A stretch of 64,000 nt of DNA from Thalia democratica. Taxonomy: Eukaryota. Positions 14,135-26,200 of this stretch are shown piece by piece. The notes under the pieces were generated by a model. That model was given only the letters and a program-made list of their open reading frames with translations. It made no database searches and was not told the DNA's origin. Made by a program: the position numbers and the translations under genes. Every line of letters starts with the position of its first letter. Position 1 is the stretch's first letter. Where the stretch lies: contig OZ241833.1 of the NCBI GenBank assembly GCA_965202585.1, positions 6,758,001 to 6,822,000 of the forward strand, read 5' to 3'.

Positions 14135-15290
14135 AATGAAACTTATTACACTACTTCACCTGATGATAATTCTGATGTTACACAAGAATTAGTTTCGTTT
14201 GTTATTAGTGACTGAAATGCAGATATACAAAAAGTTAGTGACGGAATTACTAACAAAAGTCTTTAGAAAGCAGGTTGATTTGATTCTTATAAATCTGCAA
14301 AAAACATGGTTAATATTAATAATGGCTGTCAAAAAAGTGGCAACAAAAAATAAGATGAAAATAGTAAAGGTTATTGTGAAGAAAATGAAACCTCTAATGG
14401 TGCAAAAAAAGTTCGGAAGATTTTTGTCTGACAACGATTTTGAAAAAAGTCTTTGCGGCTTGGAAAAACTGGAAAGCACGTCTTGCATTGACTCAATACT
14501 CCAGTGCTTGTTCAAAACACCTGAACTTGCGCAATATTTTATCAGCAGAGCCTACAATCTGAATTCAACCCCCGATAAAGGCAAGCTTGCAAAGGGGGTC
14601 GCAGTTTTGTTTGAACGTTTTTAGAGAGTTAATGTCAGCACAATCATTTAAGGTTGAAAATACAAAAACAGAACTGCTTACTGCTAAATACAAACGATGC
14701 TTAAAATTCTGTGAATTTTTACTTAATAAATGAAGGTAAAAACTCAAAGGTTGCAGATGGTTAAACGAAACAGCTTGATCCTGACAAAAAATCTAAGATA
14801 ATTCGAACTTTTGGCGTAATATTTCAAATAGAGTATCTTTGTGACTGTAATAATGACGTATATGAGAAAAATGTTATGTAAACTTGATTCAAAACCTTCG
14901 TAGTTCAAGTAACCGGGCTAACTTTTGTACACATAATAATATTCTTAACAATTGTTTCGAGCGAACAGTATGCGAGGAGTGAAACAAGAACAAAAAATTA
15001 GCTAAAACTTTTTGTTAATAACTTCCATTATTAATTATTACGATTTCTCAAAAAATCAATGAAGGTAGCAAAATCACAAACTGGGTGAAATTTTCTATAC
15101 GTGTTTCATAAAAAAAGGGCAGCATTTCATGTGAAAAAGGTGAATACAGTTTGTTCAAAAACACAAAAGGTCTAAACAGCAATAAGTGCACTGCGAAGTG
15201 CAAGGAAATATAAGATGATTATTGGTACAAAAACAGTGACAGAAGTTGGTACAAAAAGAAAAAACAACTTGTAGTTTAAAGGTAGCGATA
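14135..15290 (+). pseudogene. Intronless ubiquitin-specific protease (USP, peptidase C19) pseudogene
   Basis: ~14450-14535 encodes CGLEKLESTSCIDSILQCLFKTPELAQYF, a degenerate Cys box (GLxNLGNTCYMNSxLQCL) with the catalytic Cys read as Ser. Downstream pieces (KFCEFLLNK, TFGVIFQIEYLCDC, NKCTAKCK) match later USP boxes in order. Multiple stops and frameshifts; boundaries approximate. Confidence 0.7.
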
Positions 15291-16313
15291 AAGTTTACAT
15301 TTTGTTCAACACAAACATAAAAGAAGCTGTGTTTTCAAATCACTACAAGAGACTTTTTGTGAAAGCTGTTTTGTAACAAACATTATTTTATTTATACAAT
15401 TCATCAACACTGTATTATATAATATTTTGAAGTAATAAACTTTTTACGTTGGGTTAGAATTTTTTAAAGTTGTTTTATTTTTTTCCTTTCCTTACCTTTT
15501 TATAAAAACATTTTGTTTTTAAAGTCTACTAATACTTAAACAGTTTTTCTATGGTTAATTTAAAAAATTATATGAGTGTTTCTATTTAGTATGCGTTTAT
15601 AGATTATATAGTCTGTACTCAGTTTTGTGTTTATAAGATTTTGATAACTAGCATTATTAAGTTTAAGCATTTCGTATAAAGATTTACAACGTTGTATAGC
15701 TAAAAACAACTTAAAAAAGTATGTATGTACTTCCTTAAAATGAAATGTAGTTGCAATTAAACCTAGATTATCTTTAAAGGATAAAAAGTAAAAATCTAAC
15801 TTTGTTCGGAGACATAGAAGTTATTTTTTTACTAAATTTTTAAAACAGCTTGTAATGCTGTTATAACTAAGATCTCCTAAATTATACCTGTTTCTTGATA
15901 CTGAATGTTTTACATCTTTTAAAGTTTACCCCGTCTGTATAAATAAAGCTCAAATGTTTGATATAAAGTGATAATATAATGTTTGATATAAATCTTGAAG
16001 TGCAAGGTTTCCCTAGCTTAAAGACTAAGCTTCCTAGTTTTCATATTAAAAAAATCTTTGATCGACCGTACATTAGCTATATGTTTTAAAAGAAATTCTA
16101 TATTATACAGTTTAACAATGTTATACATATTTCTATACTATCAAGAAATTATCTTTTTAATACAGTTCACTAATTAAAATAGGCTTTGGAGGTTTACGTA
16201 GCGTATAACAAAGTGCAAAGAATATAACACTTTAGTTTGCTATATCAATTTACGAAATAAAAAATAAGTGGAAAACTAAACATAACAAATATTGAAAATA
16301 TTTCAAATACATT

Positions 16314-16735
16314 GTCAACTCTACTTTTAGATCTGTACAACTAAGAATTAACCATTTTACAAGAAACCCTTTTAATGAAGTTTATAGGATGTCACTGCCG
16401 ATCTAACAAAAGTTAAAGTCGTTTATAAGTTCAAATGCTACTGTGATAGTGTGCATATCGAGAGAACGTCCCAGAGATTTCATATTAAAAGACACGAAAA
16501 TTTTTCAAAATCCCTTTGAAGTTGGATGGACACAGGTTTGAATAAATCATCTAATAGGTCATCGATGATTGCTGAACACTTATTAAACAATTATGATTGT
16601 CAAAGAGTTATAATGATAATCATTATTAAATTTCAAGTAAAGCACGTAATGATTATCATCTAAACGTTTTAGAATTTATAAAAACATTTAGACCTAAATT
16701 ATGCAAGCAACAGTAAGTTTATAAATCTAATCTTT
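16314..16735 (+). mobile_element. Penelope-like element relic: linker + GIY-YIG endonuclease C-terminus
   Basis: VNSTFRSVQLR...DV...VVYKFKCYCDSVHIERTSQRFHI...SMIAEHLLNNYDC, then after a frameshift ISSKARNDYHLNVLEFIKTFRPKLCKQ. This follows the PLE pattern VVY.F.C.C...YIG.T / S.IAEHL..N..C / HL..LEA..I....P.LC.Q. Stops and frameshifts present. Confidence 0.8.
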
Positions 16736-19644
16736 ATAAGTTGTTATAAGTGTTGTTTTTTTCGCTTATTTTGTTTTACTTATTGTTTGATTCTACTTCT
16801 AACTTTATTTTTAATTTAATTTTACTTTTATTTTTGTACCTTGCTTATCTTACTTAAATTAATAATGTAATTTTAAACTGTTAATCTATCTCTGATTGAT
16901 GTGGTTTAATTTTATTAGTTGAGTAATTTCTAATGAAACCCATAACTATTTACTTACCTAACCTTTATTTCAAAATTAGTTGCTAACAAAAGTAGGTGAT
17001 AAGGGTTAGCTAAAGTATATCTTACTTGTTTGCTCAATAAAAAACATTTCTAATAAATCTTGTCTTAAATTTTTGTTTAATATCTGTAGTACTAAAAAGT
17101 TATTTAAAACTTAACTTAATAAACAAGTTAAGAAAGTTAGCGTAACTTATTTTTATTTTTGTATTTATTTTTTGATTTTTTTCAATAACTTTTATAAACT
17201 TAGTTTTATTCAAATTTCATTTATATATACTTAAAAAAAAGAAGACCCTTAATTTACCTTGTCTTAAAATAGCTTTATTGCAGCTGCAGATGGAAAATGC
17301 TAAGTTAGTTTAAAATTATAAATACATAAAGTACAACAGTGTTCTAAACTCACTAATCATTAAATATAAATTTCAAAAACAATATTATGTATTAGTATGT
17401 TGCGGTTGCACTGTAGTTCTTAAAGCTTTCATAAAAAATTCCAAATAAAACTAAATTGTAACTTAGAGAAATAATTGAGACAAAATGTTTCCAAAAAAAA
17501 AACAGATTAGGCTATCAGGTATCACAACTTATCAAAAGAAATAAATTTGCTGTTATGTATATAAACTGATTACCTAAATATTTTCTTTAATTTAAAAAAA
17601 AATTGTTGTAAGATTATTTTTTTAAAAAGATAAAAAAAAATTAATCTTTAGTTTTGTTATAGTTTAAATCAAAGTTTCCTAAACTCAATTTCATATACGC
17701 ACTTTTTAAAAATGATCGCCCATAAAAGACTCCATAACGTCTAGTGTAAGTTTTAAATCATCAGTAGACTTTGCTTAAGAAATTTCTACTTTTCATTACA
17801 GACCCTAGTACACCTAATGTAATTTTTGAATTTTTCGTGAAATGTACCTAAGACCTTTTTTTGCTCTTCACTATAGAACCAAGATTGTAAAGTTAAGTTC
17901 AAATTTCTCGTTAAACTTATCTAAGTTTCCCTTATGGTGCCTTTTTTTTCACGGCCCGCTTTTTCACTCAAACACATATTTTTTGTTTATTTAGTCTTAA
18001 AAACCTGTTTATTTAATGAAACTAGCTTTTAAAAAAATTTACTAACTACTACAAGCAGCTAATAAAGATGATTTATGTGGCGCTTAAATGCATACTAAAT
18101 AAAATTAAAAAAAACTTCAACATTAATAATTAATTGATACACAAAAAAGTTTCTGATCTAACGATGCTTGGCAAAAATATTTTTATACAAGAAAAAAAAA
18201 ATGGAATGAAGGAATGAATACTTCTTTAATGTTTTTTAAAAATGCAAAGTTCTTAAAAGTAAGTGATATTCAGTACAAGAAAAACTCTGGAAAGGAAAAT
18301 ATTTTATATAAACAGTTTTATTAAAAAACAATTTAAGATTGTTAATTAGTTTTCATTAGAGTTATAAATGATAATTAGGCTCAAAATTTAAAGTACAAAT
18401 TCTCATTCTGAAAGCTCTAAACTTGGTTAAGTTTGAAAATAATATCGGTAGAATACGAATTTTTTTATTCATTCTAAATTTGAAATAGTAGGAGCAAGTA
18501 TTAATATTTAAGTGTCAAAAAAACAATTCTCAAGAATTTTAAACCGTCTAGAAAGTAAAAATTTAGACTTATTGAAAAATCAGACAACAGTAAACTTTTA
18601 CATTTTTTCTAATGAATTTTCTTGTATGAACTTTTTTTGTGACATTCTATTTGATTTAATTATTCTAGTTTAAGTGGAAAAAAATGTTTTATAACTATTA
18701 ATATATAACTAAAACGTAAAGATATGAATAAAAATTTTTTTAAATCCAAATGTAATCTCTAAATAAGTTTAACTCTCTCGATATAAAATATATAAAAAAA
18801 TTACCATTGTTTTAACTAATGTTTACAGCCAAAAATGATGAATATAGATTTTCAAGCCGAATGTTTTTAAAGTTTTACATTCTTCTTAAAGTCTTAAGTT
18901 TTTATTACTATCACTAGCTAAATCTATTTCAAGCGACAAACTATAAAGTTAAGTAAATGAAAAAGTTTATCTAAGAATATTTATTACGATGATTGTATGC
19001 AAAAAACACAAATTACAATAAGTTTAACAAAATGCAAACAAATATGTTTCAACTATTCACACTAGCTTTTCATTTTGCAATATATATCATGAAAAAACTA
19101 TATATTTATAAAGTTAAATGAAAATAAAAGTTTTAAGTATAAAACTAGTTATTCAAAAGAGTTAAAGCTTTGATAATACATATTGTGTTAAGTGTATTGA
19201 ATTTAGCATTAACAAATGAAGACAAAAGTTATAAATAAAACTTTTAAATTGTTTACGAAAAAATATTGAATTTGTTAGACATAGTGTTATAATTTAACCA
19301 TTACGTAGCTAAAATGAATACTTGAACTGGACGGAATAATTTTAAATAATTATAAAACTTTGTTAATAAACATAATGTATTTGTTATTTTTGAAAATTAG
19401 TTAGGTAAACTTGTATAAAACTTTTAAAAAGAGAAAAAAGTTTATCTAAAATTTGCTAAAATGCAAATAAAAAATTAAAAATTAATAGGTTATAAACAAA
19501 ACATCTTTAGCTTTTGTTCTTTTAAGTCTGATTCAGTTTTTAATGCTACAAGTATGAAACGATAGTTTTCAAACTTTTGGTCAAATTCGTCAAATGAACA
19601 AAAATTATCATTTCAAGACTTTATTTGATTTTTTTTAGGGTAAG

Positions 19645-22600
19645 CTAAAGACCAAACCAGTTGTTGAATGCCAACAGTGCAGCATTTTTAGCGGAGATTA
19701 TGGACATTTCAATAGCTGACGCGCTCCATTCAATAGGACTCGTGTAATACAATCCTTGCTCGTTTAATACAAAACTTTCCAAATGCTCTGGAGGTCTGAA
19801 AGTATTTCTAAATTTAACTAGCTGATATGTGATATTAAATTGAAAAATATTTTGAAAATTAATGTTTATAAGTTGAAAAGTTATAGGTAAAAAATGTTTA
19901 TACAAAAAAATACTAATTTTAACTTTTTATACTGACTGAAATTTAGGGTAAGCTTTCCATGGGACCTCTTTCTTTTCCTTGTAAATTTCAAACAAATAAT
20001 CTAATTGATTGTCTGTGAGAGTTTCAGTGGAAAATATTTTGTAAACTCCCAACTTATTTTCATTTAAAAGTTTATCTTCGTCTGAACTGTAGTCTGCTGG
20101 TGCTTGTAACGCTATTGACCTGCAAATTAAATTGTGTCGTTTTTGGAATTAAAAAATCATTTCAGTCTTTATAAAAAATCAAGTTAGTTTTAATTATTTT
20201 AACTAGTAAAGTAATCAATTAAACAATACAACACTTTTTAAAGGGATTTCACACCTGTAAAAGCTGTCTTCTATCGTGTTTATTTTAGTTATAGGACACT
20301 CTTTACCCTTGCATCCAAAAGTTGTGCTGTTGAGTCTACCATAAACGAATGTTGCTACTGTTGACCTGTTTTTCAATTCCTTTCTTTGAAAACTTTGTCT
20401 AAAGTAAACTATTTAAAAGGTGCATATTAATTTAAAACGATAGAAAAATTCTATGTAGGACATTGAGGTGTACAAATTAATTTAAATAAATTGCGCTCAC
20501 TGTTAAATACAGACTTTCGTCTTAACAAGATAGAAAAATAGTAGCATTTTAGTTTTAAGATTTTAATTTATATTTAACCTGTAACTTTGTTTGTGTTTTT
20601 TGTTTGTAGGACACTTCCTTCCGTTTGAGCACGCTTTACTTACATCTATCGATGGTCCATTGTAATAAAGTGGGCTCGCTAGGATTACGATATCATATGA
20701 TCTAAACATTTTCAAATTGGATGTAAAATAATATTGATTTTAAACAAATATTATCCTGATAAATAAAACGCAAACTTTAGATATTTTTCTGAATAGGTTT
20801 AGCTACTAATAATTTTCAATCGCAAGCATACAAGTAATCCTGCGCTTTTATAAAATAAAAATATAACTTTGACAGAGGTTTTTTTACAGTACTGTTTTAA
20901 TTTTGCCAAAATAAATTTTAAACTAGCTGATTTGTCTACACTTAACAGTTTGAAACAAGTTATTGTGCATACTGTTTTATTGTTATATTCTTTAAAAACT
21001 AAGGTTTAGCATTTCTGTAGTCTTATAACATTATGATGTTATAAATTTTAAACGAACCTGGTCAAGTTTCCATCTGATGATACGGAAAACTTTTTAACTG
21101 CAGCATTGAACTCAACACTATTCACAGCTGATCTGATATTATTGGCGCGCGATTCACCAACTGATCTTTCACACAACTGGTAGTTTCCCCCGTTAACAGC
21201 CCAAGTTCCTGATTCAAACCCAGAAATACCAACTGCGCCTTTAAAAGTGTTAGAAGTATGATAAAAAACTTAAGGTGTGGATTTAAAGGTTAGCAATTTA
21301 ATGTTTTAAACCTGCAAACTATATTTAAAGAAAAAACAAGTTTACTATTTTCTAAAGCTTATAAATTTAAATAAATAACTCCTTTCGTTTTACTAACTAT
21401 TAAACTTTTGTTCAAGTATATTGTGTATTTTGGTACTAAATTATAAAAATAAAATATATAAAATATTTTGTAGCACTTTTTTATTTTCTATGATCATTGT
21501 TTTTAAATATTCAACCATTAGTAACCTGCAAAACCATTCAAATTGCAATCTTGACCGTAGTTGACCAGCAAAGCACCATTTACAAGAACGTTTGTCAGTT
21601 CTTCGCTGATTCCATTGTTATCAATAAGCATTTCACACGCTGTTTTCTGTTAGAAAAAAAAATTTGATTATATTTTTTATAATAAAACACTTTAGATAAT
21701 AAGTAACAAACTTGAGTTGAATTGTAGAACTTTTCGTCTGGAGTTATTCCTTTTAATAATTCTCTAACAGAAGAATAGCTCTTTCCATCATTTTGTATTT
21801 CATAAATACTGTATTATAGTTTGCTCGTTACATTAATACTCGACCATAAAAAAAGTATTAGACAATTAAATTGGTCAAGCTAGTTTTAGGTAAAGCAGAT
21901 TTGAAAATATCATTTTAAATAATTAGTTAATTATTCAAACTTTTTAACGATTAGGAATAATTAAATACTTTTTATAATAAAAATATTCTACCAATTTTAT
22001 AAACGTAATTTTCTTTACTAAACTGTTATTTTGATCTTTTGAAAATCAAATATAGAATATTATATCAATTACTTTAAAAATTTTCCAATAAATTCTTTGA
22101 TTAGCATGAACATTCTAATGATGCTAAACTGGAACTCCCAAATCATGTAAAACAAAGTTTTCAATCCACTGTCGCCGCTGTTCATGGTGAACTGTTTTTC
22201 GTTTTTATTCCAAAATTCAATGTCTCCATAATGCTTGTTGTCTTCCCGTTTAGGCAAATCTTTGTTTTGTTTAAATATTATTGTTGGTATTAGTTTAAAT
22301 GTAACTTTTATTAAAAGAACAATATGAGCGTATAAATTCAACTGCATTTTAAACTGGAAGATTAAAAGTTGCTTAACTCTAAAAAATCTTCAGTAAAAAT
22401 AGCAATTTATAAGAATTTTTAAAACTTATCAGTACATAAAGTTTAATCAAAACAAATATTTTCAAAATAAATCAACATTGTAAACTCTTAAGTCATAAAC
22501 AAACCAAAATGTTGAGCGAGATGCTTCGCGTACAAGTTCTTCGGATGGAGGATCGAACCTCCGCACTCGTAACTCCTTCCCATCATCTCCAACACCCTCA

Positions 22601-23293
22601 CCCTGCCGCACAAACGCTCCCCCGGCTCGTACAAGTCTATTGTGACGTCATCGCCGAACAATGAGCGGAGGAAAAGCGACGCGGTCGACCCTCCAATGCC
22701 TCCTCCGATGATGCCTGTTTTCATTGAATTTATAACTCTATAATATATTTGTCTTACTTCAAAAAACTTTAGTAAGTACTTGTTTCATAATAAAAACGGT
22801 AACAATATTATAATGGTTTAAATTCTCAAATCGTCCTTAAATATGTCAATTGTTCTTTGTGATTTTTTAGTCTTTAGCAATCAAGTTGAATATAAACTGA
22901 ATGTATAAAAACGAAAATATAAAAACTGTATAAAAACGAAAGTATGTGTTTATAAGTGTTTCAAACTTTTTTTTTAAGATATGATTTGAGTGGCAATATA
23001 TCATCTTTAAAAAGGTGAACTTAAGTTTAAAAAAACAAAATTTTTATTTTGAGTAGCAACTATTTACATTTACAAAAACTTAAACTTTTTAATGTTAAAA
23101 AAAAAGTTTTTTGTTTTTATTTACCTATATTTTTAGGATGCTTCGAGTCAGCAGAGTTTACAATTTTTGAGACTTCTTGTTTGTATGAAGTTGAAAATAA
23201 GTCAGGAATTACTTCTGCTTCACCATAATAGATGTTAAGTAAAAAGGCGAAAAGTACTGCAACAATAGCTGTTTTCATAATTTCTTTGATCAT
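19645..23293 (-). CDS. PCYOX1: Prenylcysteine oxidase (prenylcysteine lyase family, FAD-dependent)
   Basis: Exons 23293-23125 (signal peptide MIKEIMKTAIVAVLFAFLLNIYYGEA), 22714-22505 (IIGGGIGG Rossmann motif, YECGGSILHPKN), 22259-22073, 21808-21712, 21646-21526 (VNYGQ..LNGFAG), 21238-21058 (WAVNGGN), 20701-20579 (YDIVILASP), 20365-20255, 20119-19937 (WKAYP), 19795-19645 (SAIEMSIISAKNAALLA, TAG). All GT-AG with consistent phases. PCYOX1 versus PCYOX1L orthology not resolved. Confidence 0.9.
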
Positions 23294-26200
23294 CTAACCT
23301 AAAAAAACAATATAAGTATATCAAATAATGTTTATTATATCAGACACTTGAAATACTTTTCTGTCTACTATAAGTTTAATTTTTACTATGTATTGTAATG
23401 TTCTTCAACTAGTTGAACATATTCACTAGCTTTTATAAAAAGCAATACTTTTTGTACATATTCGTTTAGAAAAAAATGTATTGTAAAATGCTTTAACAAA
23501 TACTTTTTTGTAAATTTTTTTTAAAACTTAAATTTATAAAGTACTTGAAGTTTTTTGGCTTTTCTTAAGCCCTTGATTTGAATTGATACTAATTTGATAA
23601 GGAGAATCGAAATTAATCACACACAAGTAGAATCAAGTGGGAAAATAGCTGTACTGAGAATTTACTAAATTCGATTATTTTAGTAGTTTCATATTGTAAC
23701 CTTATATAATTACGTCATAATTGATTGAAATTAAAGTTTTTAAAAGTCTTTCAAACTTTAGTTTCTCTTTAAACAAAACTTTTGAAAAGGTCTTGGGCAA
23801 TTTTTTTTATATAAAAACAATCTCTATATTATATGTGTTTGGTGTTGCTGTTAAAAATTTCTTAAGTTTATTTTTTTAGTTTTCTCTAAAACGTTTATAT
23901 AAAATAAAACTTTATGTAATAGTTGGTACATAACTTATTAGATTTTTGCTGAACTATTGTGTTTACACAGTTTAAGAACGTATTATTTTATGCCTTACCA
24001 TATAACAAAAAAAAACTAAATACTTAATAGTTAAAAGTTATAAAAGTCACATTAGACTTTGAACTGTTTTAAACTTTGCTGACCAAACTAACATTGTAAG
24101 CTACTATTTAAACTTAACATTTAAATCTACATAAGTTACAAGGAGTTTTTTTTTTGTTATGTTGTTAAACACAAAGTATCTAGAATTAATTTTTGAACAG
24201 TCTTTTAAACTGTTTTTATATATCATGCATATTGCGTTTGTATAATGAAGTTTATAAGATTAAAGTTTTTTTATTTAAAATTACATTTTTAAGCTAATAA
24301 GCTTATGCTTTTATGAATGATGTTTATACATTTGACAGTTTATAATCAAAAAAAATAGTGTTAACTTTTTAATTTGTTTTCAAAAGCTCAAATAATCTTA
24401 ACAGATTTATATTTAAAAATGAAAGGCTTTTAAGTTTACGCGTGCACATTATCATTTACACATTTTGCTATTTAGTTAGGTTATTATGTTTGATTAATTG
24501 TTTGCTACATAGATATTTAAATATATACTCGCAATAAACAGTTTGCTACAAAATGATCGGTTTTACTTACGGTACAAACTATATTAAAATCCTAAGGAGT
24601 ATTAGAAAGCAAATCTACACTACCAACCTTTTTTATTGAAATACCATTCAAACAACATTAAGCATTAAACTATTCTGAAAAAATATTTGCTACTATGCAA
24701 TGATATAATACATTTTAATTTTTCTACGTCTAACGGTATAAAAATGTGTTAAAGAAATTATTTAGTTTTAAAAAGTATATCCCGTAAAATAAAAAAATAT
24801 TATTTCTACTTTACAATTTATACTTTTTCTATTTTTGAATAACTATTTGGAACATTATAAAACATTTTATATAGTATAGAGTTTTATATAGTATAGTACA
24901 CTTTAAAACTTTTATTTTATAAGAAAACCAGCTTTAAAATTAAAATTGTTTAGGAAATTTTCAAAACTTATTAAAGTTTTATCAATTGCCATAAAAGAAA
25001 GCATTTTTATATTTTAAAAGTACATATTATTTCAGGTAATAAACATATTTTCTTTATCAAAATTACTTTAGAAAGTTAAATTTAAAGCTAAAAAAATAAA
25101 CTCTTACTTTAGATACAATAAAAAAAATTTTAACTCACAATACTTTTATAACTTTTATAATTAGTTTTCTAAGTTTAACAGATTGTTTAAACACACTATT
25201 CAGCTTAAATATTTTGCTAAAACTTTTTTAATTAATAAGTGGAATAAAACTAATATAACTTTTAACATACTACTCTATTTTTGATTACTAGTAAACTCAG
25301 CTACTCATAACGTTCTCACAAAACACTAATATTTTGAAATGAATTTAAATTTTAAATAATTAAGTATTTTGATACCCTTTCACTCATTTTTTTTTTGTAG
25401 ACTAAGCTTTATAAGCATGCTAATACTATTTCAAGGTAAACACACAAAACAACACTGAACTTAATGCTTAAGTAAAATTTGTGAGAAATAGTAGATAGCA
25501 AACTAAACAAAAATTTTGCTGCAACTTACTATTTATTGAGAGAGATTTTGCGGAAAAAAAGATAGTCACGTTTTAGCAGAAAAATAAAATCGAATACCAT
25601 GATTTTAACGAAATACGCTGGGGAGTTCTATTAAATTTTAAGACTTTTTATTTTAATATAAGTTTTATTTTTCTAATTTTTTTATACTTTGTCAAAACTG
25701 AAAGAAAATCATTTTGAATTTAACTTTGACAACGTTTAATTATGATGTATTAGTAATAGACACAGGTGTCACCAAAGAGCTTTCAAAAAATCGTGAGTAG
25801 TTTCTCAATTTAATGTTGCGTAATTCGTTCTTTGCCTTACATTTTACTTGAATACAAACCACATTTAGTTTAAGTAACAAAGTGTAAGTGTAGTTTTTAT
25901 ATTTAAGAAAAATTTATGAACTTTCTTTCACACTAATTAAACTCTTTATTGCTAATAGACTGCTACTCATTTGTAAAAAAGTCAGTTATGGTAAAAAATA
26001 CAAAAAACTAGTAATAAAAACCAGGTACCTAAGCTTCTTATAAACACTGATTTCTCTAACATTTTTTAGCAGAAATAAATAAATAAAATAATATGCTTTA
26101 CTAAAGTTTAGTTTACATTTATTCCAATGCTTGTATCTATACTGTAGTAAAACTTTATATTTGTTTGTTCTAAAACAAAACTAAGACATGAAAAAATAAT

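Noticed and set aside
17738-17772. GUCUA-CUGAUGA...UAGAC on the minus strand
   Set aside because: No stem II or GAAA between the arms.
19633-19954. 13-bp direct repeat tttagggtaagct at ~19635 and ~19942
   Set aside because: One copy is coding (KAYPK) and the other straddles the stop; no element between them, likely chance.
22488-22724. Treating MKTGIIGGG as the PCYOX1 start (a signal-less enzyme)
   Set aside because: MKT is intronic: the aaaacag acceptor at 22715 splices in phase to an upstream signal-peptide exon at 23293-23125.
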